From Chlamydiota bacterium (GTDB lineage Bacteria; Chlamydiota; Chlamydiia; Chlamydiales; Parachlamydiaceae): DNA of 64,000 bases. The stretch lies in NCBI GenBank assembly GCA_013289325.1, contig JABDAE010000002.1, positions 1,199 through 65,198 of the forward strand. The letters run 5' to 3'. The translations under genes and the position numbers were made by a program. The notes under the pieces were generated by a model. It did not search any database. It saw only the letters and a program-made list of their open reading frames with translations, and was not told the origin of the DNA. Position 1 is the stretch's first letter. Each line of letters starts with the position of its first letter. Shown here in pieces: positions 19,689-29,152 of the stretch.

Positions 19689-20663
19689 ATGACGTGGAAA
19701 GGATTTTCTTTTGCATTAGCTGCCTGCATGTTGTGGGGATTAATTTTTATTATTCCTCCCTCTTTGAAGGGATTTGCCCCCTTGGAAATCGCATTAGGCA
19801 GGCACGGCGTCTATGGCCTTATCTCCTGCTCTATTTTTCTACTGACGGGCCGCAAATCGATACGAAAGCATCCTCTTCATGTATACGGTAAAGCCCTTTT
19901 ATTTTCTTTAATTTGCAATATCGTCTACTACAGCTGCGTTGTGATGGGCACACTCTACGCTTCTCCATCCATTACAGCCCTCATTTTGGGAACAAGTCCT
20001 GTGCTTATCTCATTTTATGGAAACTGGATGAAGAGGGAATGCAGCTTTAAAAGTCTTATTATTCCCTCCCTCTTGATATTAGCAGGGCTTGTCCTCATCA
20101 ATGTCCCCGTTTTTTCAGACAAAGAGATCGCCTTAGATAAACCTTTTTACCTCCTTGGCGTTATCGCCGCATTTACAGCGCTGATTGCATGGAGTTGGTA
20201 TGTCGTGGTCAATTCCTTATTTCTTAAAAGTAATCCAACTGTCAGCTCCCAAGATTGGTCGACATTGATTGGAGTTGCCACTTTTTTTTGGGTTTTGATT
20301 GTAGGTGGGTGTTATGAAGGATGGCTAGGAGAAGCTGGGTGGAGCAAATTTTTAGAGCCTTCGCAAAGTCTTGCGATATTTGTCGCAGGGTGCGCTGTTC
20401 TTGGCATATTTTGCTCTTGGATCGGGGCGTTTTTATGGAATAAAGCCTCCTCTATTCTTCCCGTCTCTCTTGCAGGAGAGCTAACAGTTTTTGAAACTAT
20501 TTTCGGCCTTCTTTATTTTTATCTGCTTGAAATGAGGATGCCGCCAATGCTAGAGCTTATGGGCATTGCTCTAATTCTTTCTGCCATTCTTTACGGGATC
20601 AATGCCTTTGCGCTTCAAACCCCTCCGACAGAATTGAGCGGGAAGTTAGGGTCTGTTAAATAA
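19689..20663 (+). CDS. EamA/DMT-family transporter
   Basis: About 10 predicted TM helices in two repeated halves. 324 aa. Confidence 0.7.
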   Translation: MTWKGFSFALAACMLWGLIFIIPPSLKGFAPLEIALGRHGVYGLISCSIFLLTGRKSIRKHPLHVYGKALLFSLICNIVYYSCVVMGTLYASPSITALILGTSPVLISFYGNWMKRECSFKSLIIPSLLILAGLVLINVPVFSDKEIALDKPFYLLGVIAAFTALIAWSWYVVVNSLFLKSNPTVSSQDWSTLIGVATFFWVLIVGGCYEGWLGEAGWSKFLEPSQSLAIFVAGCAVLGIFCSWIGAFLWNKASSILPVSLAGELTVFETIFGLLYFYLLEMRMPPMLELMGIALILSAILYGINAFALQTPPTELSGKLGSVK

Positions 20664-20671
20664 ATTTTTTC

Positions 20672-20700
20672 TTGAAAAAGTAATATGACCATGTTAATAT
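20672..20700 (+). promoter_or_regulatory. Sigma70-like promoter of vapBC-1 with direct repeats TAATATGAC
   Basis: TTGAAA (20672-20677), 17-nt spacer, TAATAT (20695-20700). The 9-mer taatatgac occurs twice (20681-20689 and 20695-20703). Confidence 0.45.
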
Positions 20701-20722
20701 GACTATATACGGAGGTAGCGTT

Positions 20723-20953
20723 ATGGATAAAACTATTCAAGCTGGAAAATTTAAAGCTGAGTGCCTGAAGATAATGGATGAAGTCCAAAATTCAGGAAGA
20801 AGTATCGTCATTACAAAAAGGCGGGTACCCATTGCGCGTTTATGCCCCATAAAGAAAAAACATCGATCACTGTTTGGAATTATGCGCGGTATGATCCACA
20901 TTCAAGGGGATTTGATTGAGCCAATCGGAGAAGATTGGGATGCCAATAGTTAA
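20723..20953 (+). CDS. Phd/YefM-type antitoxin (VapB-1)
   Basis: GGAGG lies 7 nt before the ATG at 20723. MDKTIQAGKFKAECLKIMDEV... is typical of Phd/YefM N-termini. Overlaps the PIN gene. Confidence 0.7.
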   Translation: MDKTIQAGKFKAECLKIMDEVQNSGRSIVITKRRVPIARLCPIKKKHRSLFGIMRGMIHIQGDLIEPIGEDWDANS

Positions 20954-21392
20954 CCATTTACAGCAACATAAACTATTACTTGATACGCATATCTGGATCT
21001 GGCTTATTGAAGGAGATTCTAGATTATCACAAGAATTGTGTCACGCAATCGACCGCTGTCAAAATAGGGATGGGATTTTGATTTCTGCAATTTCAATTTG
21101 GGAAGTAGGAATGCTCGTTCAAAAAAAGAAGATATCGATTGAAACAGATTGTTTAGACTGGATTCAAATGGCTTTAGGTCAGCCCGGCGTAAGTCTTGTG
21201 CCAATCTCGCCCCGTATTGCAGTTCAAAGCACTCGTTTGCCAGGCGAGTTGCATGCAGATCCTGCAGATCGCATTTTGGTTGCGACTGCGTACGAGGAGA
21301 ATGCCACTCTTGTCACATGCGATGAAAAACTGATCCATTATGGCCACAATTACTTGGTATCAGTGCACGATCCTAGAAGGAATGTAAAATGA
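20940..21392 (+). CDS. vapC: PIN-domain toxin VapC-1
   Basis: LLLDTHIWIWL N-terminal acidic PIN motif. ILVATA...TLVTCD C-terminal motif. The stop overlaps the tsaD start (ATGA). Confidence 0.8.
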   Translation: MPIVNHLQQHKLLLDTHIWIWLIEGDSRLSQELCHAIDRCQNRDGILISAISIWEVGMLVQKKKISIETDCLDWIQMALGQPGVSLVPISPRIAVQSTRLPGELHADPADRILVATAYEENATLVTCDEKLIHYGHNYLVSVHDPRRNVK

Positions 21393-22420
21393 TCGTCCTT
21401 GGCATTGAATCGACCTGCGATGAAACAAGTATCTCGATCGTAAAAGATGGCAAGGAGATCTTGTCAAACGTCGTCACATCGCAAATCGATCTTCATGCTG
21501 AATATGGGGGGGTTGTCCCGGAGCTTTGCTGCCGCCGCCATGTCGATGTGATCATACCCGTCTTAAATCAGTGCTTAAAAGAGGCAGGTCTCACTTTAAA
21601 AGAGATCGACCTCATCGCTGTCGCATATGGACCGGGGCTAATCGGCGCTCTTCTCATCGGGCTTACGGCCGCAAAAACTCTTTCTTTGGCCATGCAAAAA
21701 CCCTTTATTGGGGTCAATCATATTGAAGCCCACCTTTATGCCGCCATCATGAGAGAGCCCATTTGTCCCCCATTTCCAAGCCTTGGGGTAGTTCTTTCAG
21801 GTGGACATACGTCGATCGTCCTCATGAAGGGCATTTGCGAATACTATTTAATTTCAGAGACTGTCGATGATGCAATTGGAGAGGCCTTTGATAAGGTCGC
21901 CAAGATGCTGAATCTCCCCTATCCAGGAGGACCCAAAGTTGAAGAACTTGCGTTAAAGGGGGACCCTAAAAAATTTGCCCTAAAGGCGGGCTTCGTCAAG
22001 GAGCGCCCCTTAAACTTTTCCTTTAGCGGCCTAAAGACTGCCGTCTTGTACCTGCTTAACGGACAAGACCAAAAGGGGCAAAAGCCTTTAGAGAGAAGTG
22101 AGCAAAATATCTGCGATCTTTGCGCTTCCTTTCAAAGAGCTGCCTTTGACGATGTAATCGATAAGGTTTTAAGCGCTGCAAGATCCTTTAACTGCCAAAC
22201 GCTTATCTTTGGCGGCGGAGTGACGAACAATCAAGCGCTTAAGAATAAGTTGCAAGAGCGCGCAATAGGGTATACTCTACTTTTCCCATCTAAAGGCTTA
22301 AGTCTTGATAATGCCGCCATGATTGCAGGTCTTGGCTACCACTCCTATATACAAAAAGGGCAAGCCGACTCCCTTGATCTAAAACCTAAAACTAGAATCC
22401 CATTTAAACCTTATGAGTAA
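21389..22420 (+). CDS. tsaD: tRNA N6-adenosine threonylcarbamoyltransferase TsaD
   Basis: GIESTCDETSISIV, GVNHIEAHL, LSGGHT and GGGVTNNQAL motifs. Confidence 0.95.
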   Translation: MIVLGIESTCDETSISIVKDGKEILSNVVTSQIDLHAEYGGVVPELCCRRHVDVIIPVLNQCLKEAGLTLKEIDLIAVAYGPGLIGALLIGLTAAKTLSLAMQKPFIGVNHIEAHLYAAIMREPICPPFPSLGVVLSGGHTSIVLMKGICEYYLISETVDDAIGEAFDKVAKMLNLPYPGGPKVEELALKGDPKKFALKAGFVKERPLNFSFSGLKTAVLYLLNGQDQKGQKPLERSEQNICDLCASFQRAAFDDVIDKVLSAARSFNCQTLIFGGGVTNNQALKNKLQERAIGYTLLFPSKGLSLDNAAMIAGLGYHSYIQKGQADSLDLKPKTRIPFKPYE

Positions 22421-23096
22421 AACGATTGCGGCCTTTGACTTTGATGGCACGATCACAACATGCGATTCATTAAGGGAATTTCTTTTTTTTAGCTTGGGAA
22501 GAAGAAAAGCGCTTTTAAAGTTGACCTTACTTCTTCCTTTTCTTATCGCATTCCTTTTAAAGATAATCCCAAGGCAAAAGGTCAAAGAGAAGGTGTTAAC
22601 CACCTTTTTTAAGGGAGTCTCTAGAGAAAAGATCACCCACTTGGGGCAAGCTTTTGCTACTTCTTCTGCAATGAATAAGATTCTTAGGGAAGAGGTTCTA
22701 CAGCGCTTGCAATTTCATAAAGAGCAAGGACATCGATGTATTTTAATCAGCGCCTCAATCGACCCTTACCTTGTCCCTTGGGGCAAGCTGGTAGGCTTTG
22801 ATGATGTCCTTTGTTCAACGCTTGAAATTTCGCCGCAAGACATGGTGACAGGCAAACTGCAAGGGGCCAATTGCTGGGGTCCAGAAAAAGTTGTCCGCCT
22901 TAAGAATTTACTAGGAGGTGAAATAGATCGCTATACTATACACGCCTATGGCGATAGCCGAGGAGATAAGGAATTACTAGACATGGCTAATTACCCCACC
23001 TTTTTTATTTCCAATAATCTGATCGGTATGATAAAATCCTCACTTTATAACCGTACGAGGATGTCATGGCAAAAAAACGTGAAAACATTAAGATGA
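22413..23096 (+). CDS. HAD-IB family hydrolase (phosphoserine phosphatase-like)
   Basis: [10 protein letters not shown] motif I. ILISAS motif [13 protein letters not shown] motif IV. Confidence 0.75.
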   Translation: MSKTIAAFDFDGTITTCDSLREFLFFSLGRRKALLKLTLLLPFLIAFLLKIIPRQKVKEKVLTTFFKGVSREKITHLGQAFATSSAMNKILREEVLQRLQFHKEQGHRCILISASIDPYLVPWGKLVGFDDVLCSTLEISPQDMVTGKLQGANCWGPEKVVRLKNLLGGEIDRYTIHAYGDSRGDKELLDMANYPTFFISNNLIGMIKSSLYNRTRMSWQKNVKTLR

Positions 23097-23242
23097 AGAG
23101 CTCTGAAAGCGCATTTCATTATTATACAGAAAAAAATAAAACAAATACACCCGATCGCCTTACGCGCAAAAAATTTGACCCTGTCGTGCGCAAACACGTA
23201 GACTTTAAAGAATCTAAGTAATTTAAAAGACACTTCAAATAG

Positions 23243-25504
23243 ATGTTCGAACTTTCAGTTGCTTTTAAATACCTTATTCCGAGGTGGAAGCAACTTTCTG
23301 TTTCAATTATCAGTTTGGTGTCTATTTTAATCATCGCGCTCGTCGTCTGGCTCATTGTCGTCTTTTTCTCTGTGAAAGATGGCCTTGAAAATAGTTGGGT
23401 AGATAAGATTATCGCCTTAACTGCCCCCATTCGCATGACTCCCACTCATAAGTACTATACTTCCTATTACTACCTTGTCGATGGAATTAGTGAAAGCTCT
23501 AACTATGCGTTGAAGTCCATTGGCGAAAAGCTGCAAAGCAAACACGGCAAAGATCCCTACAATCCTGAAGTCGATGAAGAGATTCCAAAAGAGTGGAGCG
23601 CTAAAGATAGTCAGACGGATGGGGAACTAAAAGATCTCGTCCAAGAGGCTAAAAAAATCATTTTAGCGACCCCTTCTGCTAAAAATCCAGTTGTAAGTCC
23701 ATTTGAAACGACGATGGCAAATGTAAGGCTTCGCTTGCTAAGGCATGTAGATGGCAACAAAGAGCACTCTCAACAGTTTCTCGATCAGGTGGCCTATATC
23801 GGCACCTTCGATAGTGAAAGTAAAACACTTGCCAAGGCGCTTCTTCCCCCAACATCTGCTGACTATCTTAACCTCATACAAATGCAGGCCGTGCTCTCTG
23901 ACAATCTCATTGAAGACAATCCGGACGGCTTTCACCGGGTTGAACCAAATGAGCTTAAACAACGACTTTCAGACCTATTTCAATCAATCGATATCCAATC
24001 CTTAACTCTTCCTCCTCAAGGATGGCGCATTCTGCCCTCTTACTTACCCAAAGGGGCCTCTTTAAAAGTTGCCATCATTGCTAATCGAATTATCCTAGAA
24101 ACGGCAGTTCGAGATGCTAAATTGGCGCAAGATCTTGAATTAGAATCACTTTGCAATGGGGTGGGACATTCCCAAATGGTGAAGGACCACCCCATTGCAA
24201 ATGATTCTGGTTCAAGAGATTGTGTCAAGTTAGCGTCTCCAACTGCCGTTTCTAGGATTATCATCCCACAAAATGCTAAAGACCTTAAAGGCGTTCTTGA
24301 TCAACTCAACAAAAATGTAAAAACGCCTATCGCTATCGAAGGGATTTTACATGTAGAAGAAAACTTAAAGCTTTTAACTCTTGAAAATAAAGAAATTCCC
24401 CTCTTGCCATCGGCAGAATTTATTTTAAAGTCGATTACCCCCTTTAATGCCATTATCGATAAAGACTCTTTTCTACATGCAAGTAGACCACAAGACATTG
24501 CCTTTCAGCTTAAGGACCAAATTCAAGGATATGCCTTTAATGCAACGGCTTCACTTCGCAAATTTGGTATAGGCAAGGTAGTGACTTTAAATGCCACATC
24601 CCTCAAGTTTCTTGCAGAGTCAAGTCATGGAACATCCCTTAATCTCCCAGAAAACCATGGCTTTGGAGAGTCTATCTTACTTCCCAAAGGATTTAAAGAT
24701 GCCGGCGTCTTGATTGGCGATCTCGGTTATATTGCCTACCACTCCCTTACTCCAAGCAGTGTGCAAGAGATGCGCGTACCCGTTTCAGTCGTTGGGTTTT
24801 ATGACCCGGGGATCATGCCAATTGGGGGCAAATACATCTTAGCCTTAAAAGATTTAGTCTCTATGGTAGGAGGAGCGGCCTTAAGCGAGCAGGTGCCCTT
24901 ATCAAGTGGTCTTAACATCCGCTTTGATAATAGCAAAGACGCTAAAAAAATTAAAAAAGAGCTGCAAGATGCCTTTGAAAAGGTGGGGATCTTAAACTAT
25001 TGGAATATTCAAACCTATCAAGAGTATGAATTTTCAAAAGATCTCATCGAGCAGCTGCAAAGCGAGAAAAATCTCTTTAGCGTCATTTCTCTTGTGATCA
25101 TCATCGTTGCCTGCTCCAATATCATCTCAATGCTCTTTATCCTGGTCAACGATAAAAAACTTGAAATCGGCATCTTGCGCTCTATGGGAGCCTCCTCCAA
25201 AAGCATTGCGATCATCTTTGGATTTTGCGGCATGGTAATGGGGGGAATCGGTAGTCTAATCGGCATTTTTGCCTCCGTTCTCACATTGCATTATCTAAAC
25301 GACCTTGTCGCCTTCATTGGCAAAATGCAAGGGCACGATCTCTTTAACCCGATGTTTTACGGCTCGACACTGCCAAGCGAATTAAGCCTTGAGGCATTAG
25401 GCTTTGTCGTCATCACCACAGCTTTTATTTCTCTTATCGCAGGGGTCGTTCCGGCCACAAAGGCAAGCGCTATGCGCCCCTCTGCAATCCTAAAGGCAGA
25501 ATAA
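23243..25504 (+). CDS. LolC/E-like (FtsX/MacB-type) ABC transporter permease with enlarged periplasmic domain and an in-frame 163-bp element
   Basis: N-terminal TM helix. C-terminal FtsX domain (LVNDKKLEIGILRSMGASSKSI plus 3 TM helices). Followed by a LolD-like ATPase. 753 aa. Confidence 0.75.
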   Translation: MFELSVAFKYLIPRWKQLSVSIISLVSILIIALVVWLIVVFFSVKDGLENSWVDKIIALTAPIRMTPTHKYYTSYYYLVDGISESSNYALKSIGEKLQSKHGKDPYNPEVDEEIPKEWSAKDSQTDGELKDLVQEAKKIILATPSAKNPVVSPFETTMANVRLRLLRHVDGNKEHSQQFLDQVAYIGTFDSESKTLAKALLPPTSADYLNLIQMQAVLSDNLIEDNPDGFHRVEPNELKQRLSDLFQSIDIQSLTLPPQGWRILPSYLPKGASLKVAIIANRIILETAVRDAKLAQDLELESLCNGVGHSQMVKDHPIANDSGSRDCVKLASPTAVSRIIIPQNAKDLKGVLDQLNKNVKTPIAIEGILHVEENLKLLTLENKEIPLLPSAEFILKSITPFNAIIDKDSFLHASRPQDIAFQLKDQIQGYAFNATASLRKFGIGKVVTLNATSLKFLAESSHGTSLNLPENHGFGESILLPKGFKDAGVLIGDLGYIAYHSLTPSSVQEMRVPVSVVGFYDPGIMPIGGKYILALKDLVSMVGGAALSEQVPLSSGLNIRFDNSKDAKKIKKELQDAFEKVGILNYWNIQTYQEYEFSKDLIEQLQSEKNLFSVISLVIIIVACSNIISMLFILVNDKKLEIGILRSMGASSKSIAIIFGFCGMVMGGIGSLIGIFASVLTLHYLNDLVAFIGKMQGHDLFNPMFYGSTLPSELSLEALGFVVITTAFISLIAGVVPATKASAMRPSAILKAE
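24094..24256 (+). mobile_element. 163-bp element, copy 2 (in frame inside LolC/E-like CDS; TSD ATTAT)
   Basis: attat occurs at 24089-24093 and 24257-24261. Read as LETAVRDAKLAQDLELESLCNGVGHSQMVKDHPIANDSGSRDCVKLASPTAVSR. Confidence 0.9.
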
Positions 25505-25508
25505 TCAT

Positions 25509-26219
25509 ATGACTCATGAAGCGCGTAAAAGTATTCTAGAATGCAAAGGGATAAAGAAAAATTTCTATTCTCCTCTTAAGATTGAAATTTTAAAGGAAAT
25601 TAATCTCACCATCCATCAGGGGGAAACAATTGCCATCATGGGTCGCTCAGGGCAAGGCAAAAGCACCCTTTTACAGCTCCTTGGCACCCTTGACACCTCT
25701 TGCAAGGGGACATTATCAATCGATGGCATGCTCGTCAATTTTTTCAATAAAAGCCACATCAGAAATCAAAAGCTTGGATTCATTTTTCAATCGTTTTATC
25801 TATTGGAAGAATATTCAGCCCTTGACAATGTATTAATGCCAGCAAAGATTGCAAGAAAGGCTTGTCATGTGAACTCTTCTGCCTATAAACGCGCGTGCGA
25901 TCTCTTAGACCACGTTGGCCTATCCGAAAGGCGCCATTTCAACACAAAGCTTCTTTCCGGAGGAGAAAAGCAGCGCGTGGCCATCGCAAGAGCGCTTTGC
26001 AACGATCCTAAAATCATTTTGGCTGATGAGCCTTCTGGCAATCTCGATAAGGAGACATCAGCCCAAATCCACGATTTGCTCTTAAATCTTGCAAAAAATG
26101 AAAATAAAACGCTGATCGTCGTGACCCACGACCCAGCCCTTGCAGCTCTTTGCGATAAGACATTACGCCTTCAAGATGGCCTAATTTCTTGCGAAACTTT
26201 ACCGGAGTTTACGATTTAG
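25509..26219 (+). CDS. lolD: LolD-like ABC transporter ATP-binding protein
   Basis: Walker A GRSGQGKST. Signature LSGGEKQRVAIARAL. Walker B ILADEPSGNLD. Confidence 0.9.
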   Translation: MTHEARKSILECKGIKKNFYSPLKIEILKEINLTIHQGETIAIMGRSGQGKSTLLQLLGTLDTSCKGTLSIDGMLVNFFNKSHIRNQKLGFIFQSFYLLEEYSALDNVLMPAKIARKACHVNSSAYKRACDLLDHVGLSERRHFNTKLLSGGEKQRVAIARALCNDPKIILADEPSGNLDKETSAQIHDLLLNLAKNENKTLIVVTHDPALAALCDKTLRLQDGLISCETLPEFTI

Positions 26220-26380
26220 GAAATGCCAGAAACAGCCGTTGGAGACAACAACTATGATCTTAGCTAATTACTTAGTGTTTTTTTTTCTATCGCTTTCTTT
26301 CATTTTTACAATACCTCCTAGATGAGAACGTATGCTCTCTTAACGATTGCTTTAATCAACTCCTTCACCTCTTGCAAGCG

Positions 26381-26568
26381 TATACCGAATAGCCAACCTG
26401 CATATATACTCGGGCCACCTGAATCCTGGAAAATTTGACAAGGAGGCGGCGCAAGTTTTTGTGTCTGGAACAAGCGACCATTGCCATAGGCAATGGTCTC
26501 TCGCTCCAGACCAAAAAATGACGCCGCCTTCTTGCTAAAATTCCAATTCTTGAAACACGTTCGGTATA
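26381..26568. ncRNA. Candidate structured RNA (rod-like 188-nt imperfect hairpin); class and strand unknown
   Basis: Closing stem tataccgaa (26381-26389) / ttcggtata (26560-26568). Inner stem caaggaggcggcg (26439-26451) / cgccgccttcttg (26522-26534). tctgga/tccaga stem. Apical gaccattgcc-ata-ggcaatggtc. Lies in a 360-bp convergent intergenic gap. Confidence 0.25.
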
Positions 26569-26581
26569 AATAATTTTTGTA

Positions 26582-27493
26582 TCAGGCCCGAAACGCTTGA
26601 TTTTCGGCACCATTTTCATCTCTTGGCGCAGGAGGACAAGGATTATCGTCAATTTTGAGTGTGACTTTGATCGCATGATGGTCGCTTAAATTGCGAGGAA
26701 ATTGCACGACCTCGGCCGTGTGCTGAATTCTATGAGGTGTATGCCCCTGACTAAAGAAGACATAGTCGATTTTACCTAAGAGATGGGTATTCTGCCCTGA
26801 AGGGCCCAAATCTTTAAAAGACCTTTGCGACAAATCCAACATTGTTTTCAATTCAGGATAAGAGAGGAGGTTTCCCTCCCTTTGGGTTTCATAGATATTA
26901 AAATCGCCGCAAAGAATAACATGTGCTGCACGATCCACCTTTTCGCTAATGAAAGCGACTAGTGCGGTGAGCTGCTTCATTTGGTCTTGCCGCGTTAATC
27001 CCAAATGCAGACTTATCACCCAAAAAGTATGTCCTTTTTTTTGAAATTGTGCACAAACTGCAGAGCGCTCTTCTTGGTTTGTCTCATGTCTGCCTAATTT
27101 CAATCTTTCAACTATAGGAGCGTTAAATTTTGAAAAAATTGTGTTACCATACTTCCCATGTCCATCTTCAATATCTTCTCGATACGGAGGATCAATATTA
27201 CATGCATTAGAAAACCATCCCACTTGCCCCACCTGCCACTCCCCACCTAACCGACCCAATATTTCCCTATCTGTGTATAGCCCAAATGAACGACGGAGGT
27301 TTCTGTCAACTTCTTGCAGAGCGAGCACCTCTATTTCTCTAGCATTTTGCAATATGTGAGTGGCAATGCCACGTAACACTGCCGTCACCTTTGTAACAGT
27401 TGCCTCTTGCTTGGTTTCTCTTAAATATCCCGTACCTCCTCGCCAGATATTTAAAGTCATTACGCTAAACGTAGTATCAGTAGTAGCAGCCAT
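26582..27493 (-). CDS. Endonuclease/exonuclease/phosphatase (EEP) family protein
   Basis: VMTLNIWRGG N-terminal motif. LQEVD, ILCGDFN and LSDHHAI C-terminal motifs. Confidence 0.75.
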   Translation of the reverse strand: MAATTDTTFSVMTLNIWRGGTGYLRETKQEATVTKVTAVLRGIATHILQNAREIEVLALQEVDRNLRRSFGLYTDREILGRLGGEWQVGQVGWFSNACNIDPPYREDIEDGHGKYGNTIFSKFNAPIVERLKLGRHETNQEERSAVCAQFQKKGHTFWVISLHLGLTRQDQMKQLTALVAFISEKVDRAAHVILCGDFNIYETQREGNLLSYPELKTMLDLSQRSFKDLGPSGQNTHLLGKIDYVFFSQGHTPHRIQHTAEVVQFPRNLSDHHAIKVTLKIDDNPCPPAPRDENGAENQAFRA

Positions 27494-27568
27494 AAAAACA
27501 CTCCTGTATAAAGGTGTTTATACTGAAAAGCCCCCTTTTTTGCAAGAAAGGAGAGTTCTGTTTAACAA

Positions 27569-28519
27569 TCAGCATATTATACCGAAAGTGCTCAAAAAGT
27601 TGCTTGTTAAAACCCCGTATCTTAAGCCTTTAGTAGAAATAATCACTTCATGAAATCCCAAAACTTCCATGGCTCTTGAAAGTATCAATCCGCCTGCAAG
27701 CATCACGTCGGCGCGCTCATCTTCCATCCCCACCATCAATTTTCTCTCTGCAATCGATTTGCATTTTAACTCTTCTACTAAACGATGAACATCTCCTTGA
27801 TGCAACGTGAACCCATCAATTTTCTTTGGATCATATTCTTGCATCCCTAAGTGTAACATGGCAAGAGTCACGGCAGTTCCAGCAACTGCAACAAAAGTAT
27901 TTTGGTTGGAAATTACAGATTTTACAGAATATAAAGTCAAATCAATTTCAGATTGACACCTCAAAAATTCCTCTTCCGTAACCGGATCGCTTTTAAAAAA
28001 ACGCTCTGTCATTTTCACAGAACCAACGCGTAGACTTTCCCCATGTTTTGCATCAGCAATTTCAGTACTTCCTCCCCCAATATCAATCACTACCATTTTG
28101 GAAATATCCATTCCTGGAAGCGCTGCCCCCATAAATGTGGCAAAGGCTTCTTGTTCTTCCGATAATATTTGAAATTTAAACCCGATTGTCTCTTCAATTT
28201 TCTTAAAAAATTCGACCGCATTTACCGCATCTCTTGCCTGCGCCGTTCCCACAGCAATCACATCAGAAGGATTGATCTCAAACTTTTTAACAACTTCTGC
28301 ATAGCCTTTTAAACAATTAAGAGTGCGCTCCATAGCTTTTGGAACAAATTGTTTATTTTGATCCACCTCTTGTCCAAGGTCTTGTCCAAGGCGAACAATA
28401 TTAGATTCATCGTGGAGAGCTTCTCTTGCGCCATTCTCAAGTAAGCTCCCCTGCACCAAAAGTAAGCAAGAATTTGTTCCCAAATCTATTGAGGCAATAT
28501 TTCGCAATTGTTTCATCAA
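27569..28519 (-). CDS. Ppx/GppA-family phosphatase
   Basis: ASIDLGTNSCLLLV and VIDIGGGSTE ASKHA-fold phosphate motifs. 316 aa. Confidence 0.85.
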   Translation of the reverse strand: MMKQLRNIASIDLGTNSCLLLVQGSLLENGAREALHDESNIVRLGQDLGQEVDQNKQFVPKAMERTLNCLKGYAEVVKKFEINPSDVIAVGTAQARDAVNAVEFFKKIEETIGFKFQILSEEQEAFATFMGAALPGMDISKMVVIDIGGGSTEIADAKHGESLRVGSVKMTERFFKSDPVTEEEFLRCQSEIDLTLYSVKSVISNQNTFVAVAGTAVTLAMLHLGMQEYDPKKIDGFTLHQGDVHRLVEELKCKSIAERKLMVGMEDERADVMLAGGLILSRAMEVLGFHEVIISTKGLRYGVLTSNFLSTFGIIC

Positions 28520-28559
28520 ACTTTTCTTAAATTTTTGGATTTATTTTCGAGGACTCTTA

Positions 28560-28814
28560 CTACTTTTTATAAACAGTGCCTCGGTTGTCGACATCGATGA
28601 CTAAAACCAGCAGTTCCTTATCTTTTATGCGGTAAATAATACGATAATTCCCAGCTCTAGCCCGATAAGCGTCTCTTCCTGTTAATTTAATAGTTCCTTC
28701 CATTCTTGGATTATTGGCAAGATCCTTTATCTTATCCCGAATAGCTAACAAATCATGTCTTGGAATTTTTTTCAGCGCTTTTTCAAGATCAATTTCGTAC
28801 TCAATTTTATACAT
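28560..28814 (-). CDS. RelE/ParE-family toxin
   Basis: 84 aa. ...LTGRDAYRARAGNYRIIYRIKDKELLVLVIDVDNR is typical of RelE/ParE. Overlaps the upstream antitoxin by 8 nt. Confidence 0.8.
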   Translation of the reverse strand: MYKIEYEIDLEKALKKIPRHDLLAIRDKIKDLANNPRMEGTIKLTGRDAYRARAGNYRIIYRIKDKELLVLVIDVDNRGTVYKK

Positions 28815-29073
28815 CTAGATCAAGTTTTTTCATAAGTTCTTCATGAGAAATAGTCTTAAAACCATTTTTTTTATGGCGTTCTAACGCAAGATCATAAGCT
28901 GTACAATCCTCTTGCATCTCCAAGTCTTCCAAAAACCGTAAGGCTTTAGCTGATACAAATCCACCTACAACTTTTCCGTGATGCGTCACAGCAATGCGCC
29001 CATCCGCAAACCTTGCTTGTCCAACATATTCAGAAAGATGCTTTCTAAATTCAACAAAACTCACTTTTTGCAT
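28807..29073 (-). CDS. Phd/YefM-type antitoxin
   Basis: 88 aa. MQKVSFVEFRKHLSEYVGQA...IAVTHHGKVVGGFVS pattern. Confidence 0.75.
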   Translation of the reverse strand: MQKVSFVEFRKHLSEYVGQARFADGRIAVTHHGKVVGGFVSAKALRFLEDLEMQEDCTAYDLALERHKKNGFKTISHEELMKKLDLDV

Positions 29074-29152
29074 ATTATTCTCCCTCTACATAATAAGTGT
29101 AACATATGTACATTTATTAATCAAAAGTTTTACAAGAGGTCTATTATGGGAT

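Noticed and set aside
24094-24256. The 56-aa insert as an intein
   Set aside because: It is far too short and has no N-terminal Cys/Ser/Thr-plus-block-A motif or C-terminal HN-C/S/T motif. Intergenic copies with TSDs show DNA-level mobility.
26199-26252. Possible degenerate element termini just after lolD (gatttagg / ccagaaacagccgttggagac)
   Set aside because: By my count only about 21 of 27 positions match the element start. The putative right end needs a 7-nt indel. This is too weak to call without a genome-wide profile.
26365-26676. 103-aa minus-strand ORF in the lolD/EEP intergenic region
   Set aside because: It is Arg-rich and low in complexity. It overlaps the 3' end of the EEP gene and coincides with the long palindromic hairpin. 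It is most likely a shadow ORF.
29131-29145. 15-nt identity caagaggtctattat next to two TA cassettes (29131 and 57921), with a similar string at 14458
   Set aside because: A few 15-mer matches are expected by chance in 64 kb on both strands (rough estimate 3-4). Part of the string is just an AAGAGG Shine-Dalgarno-like sequence.
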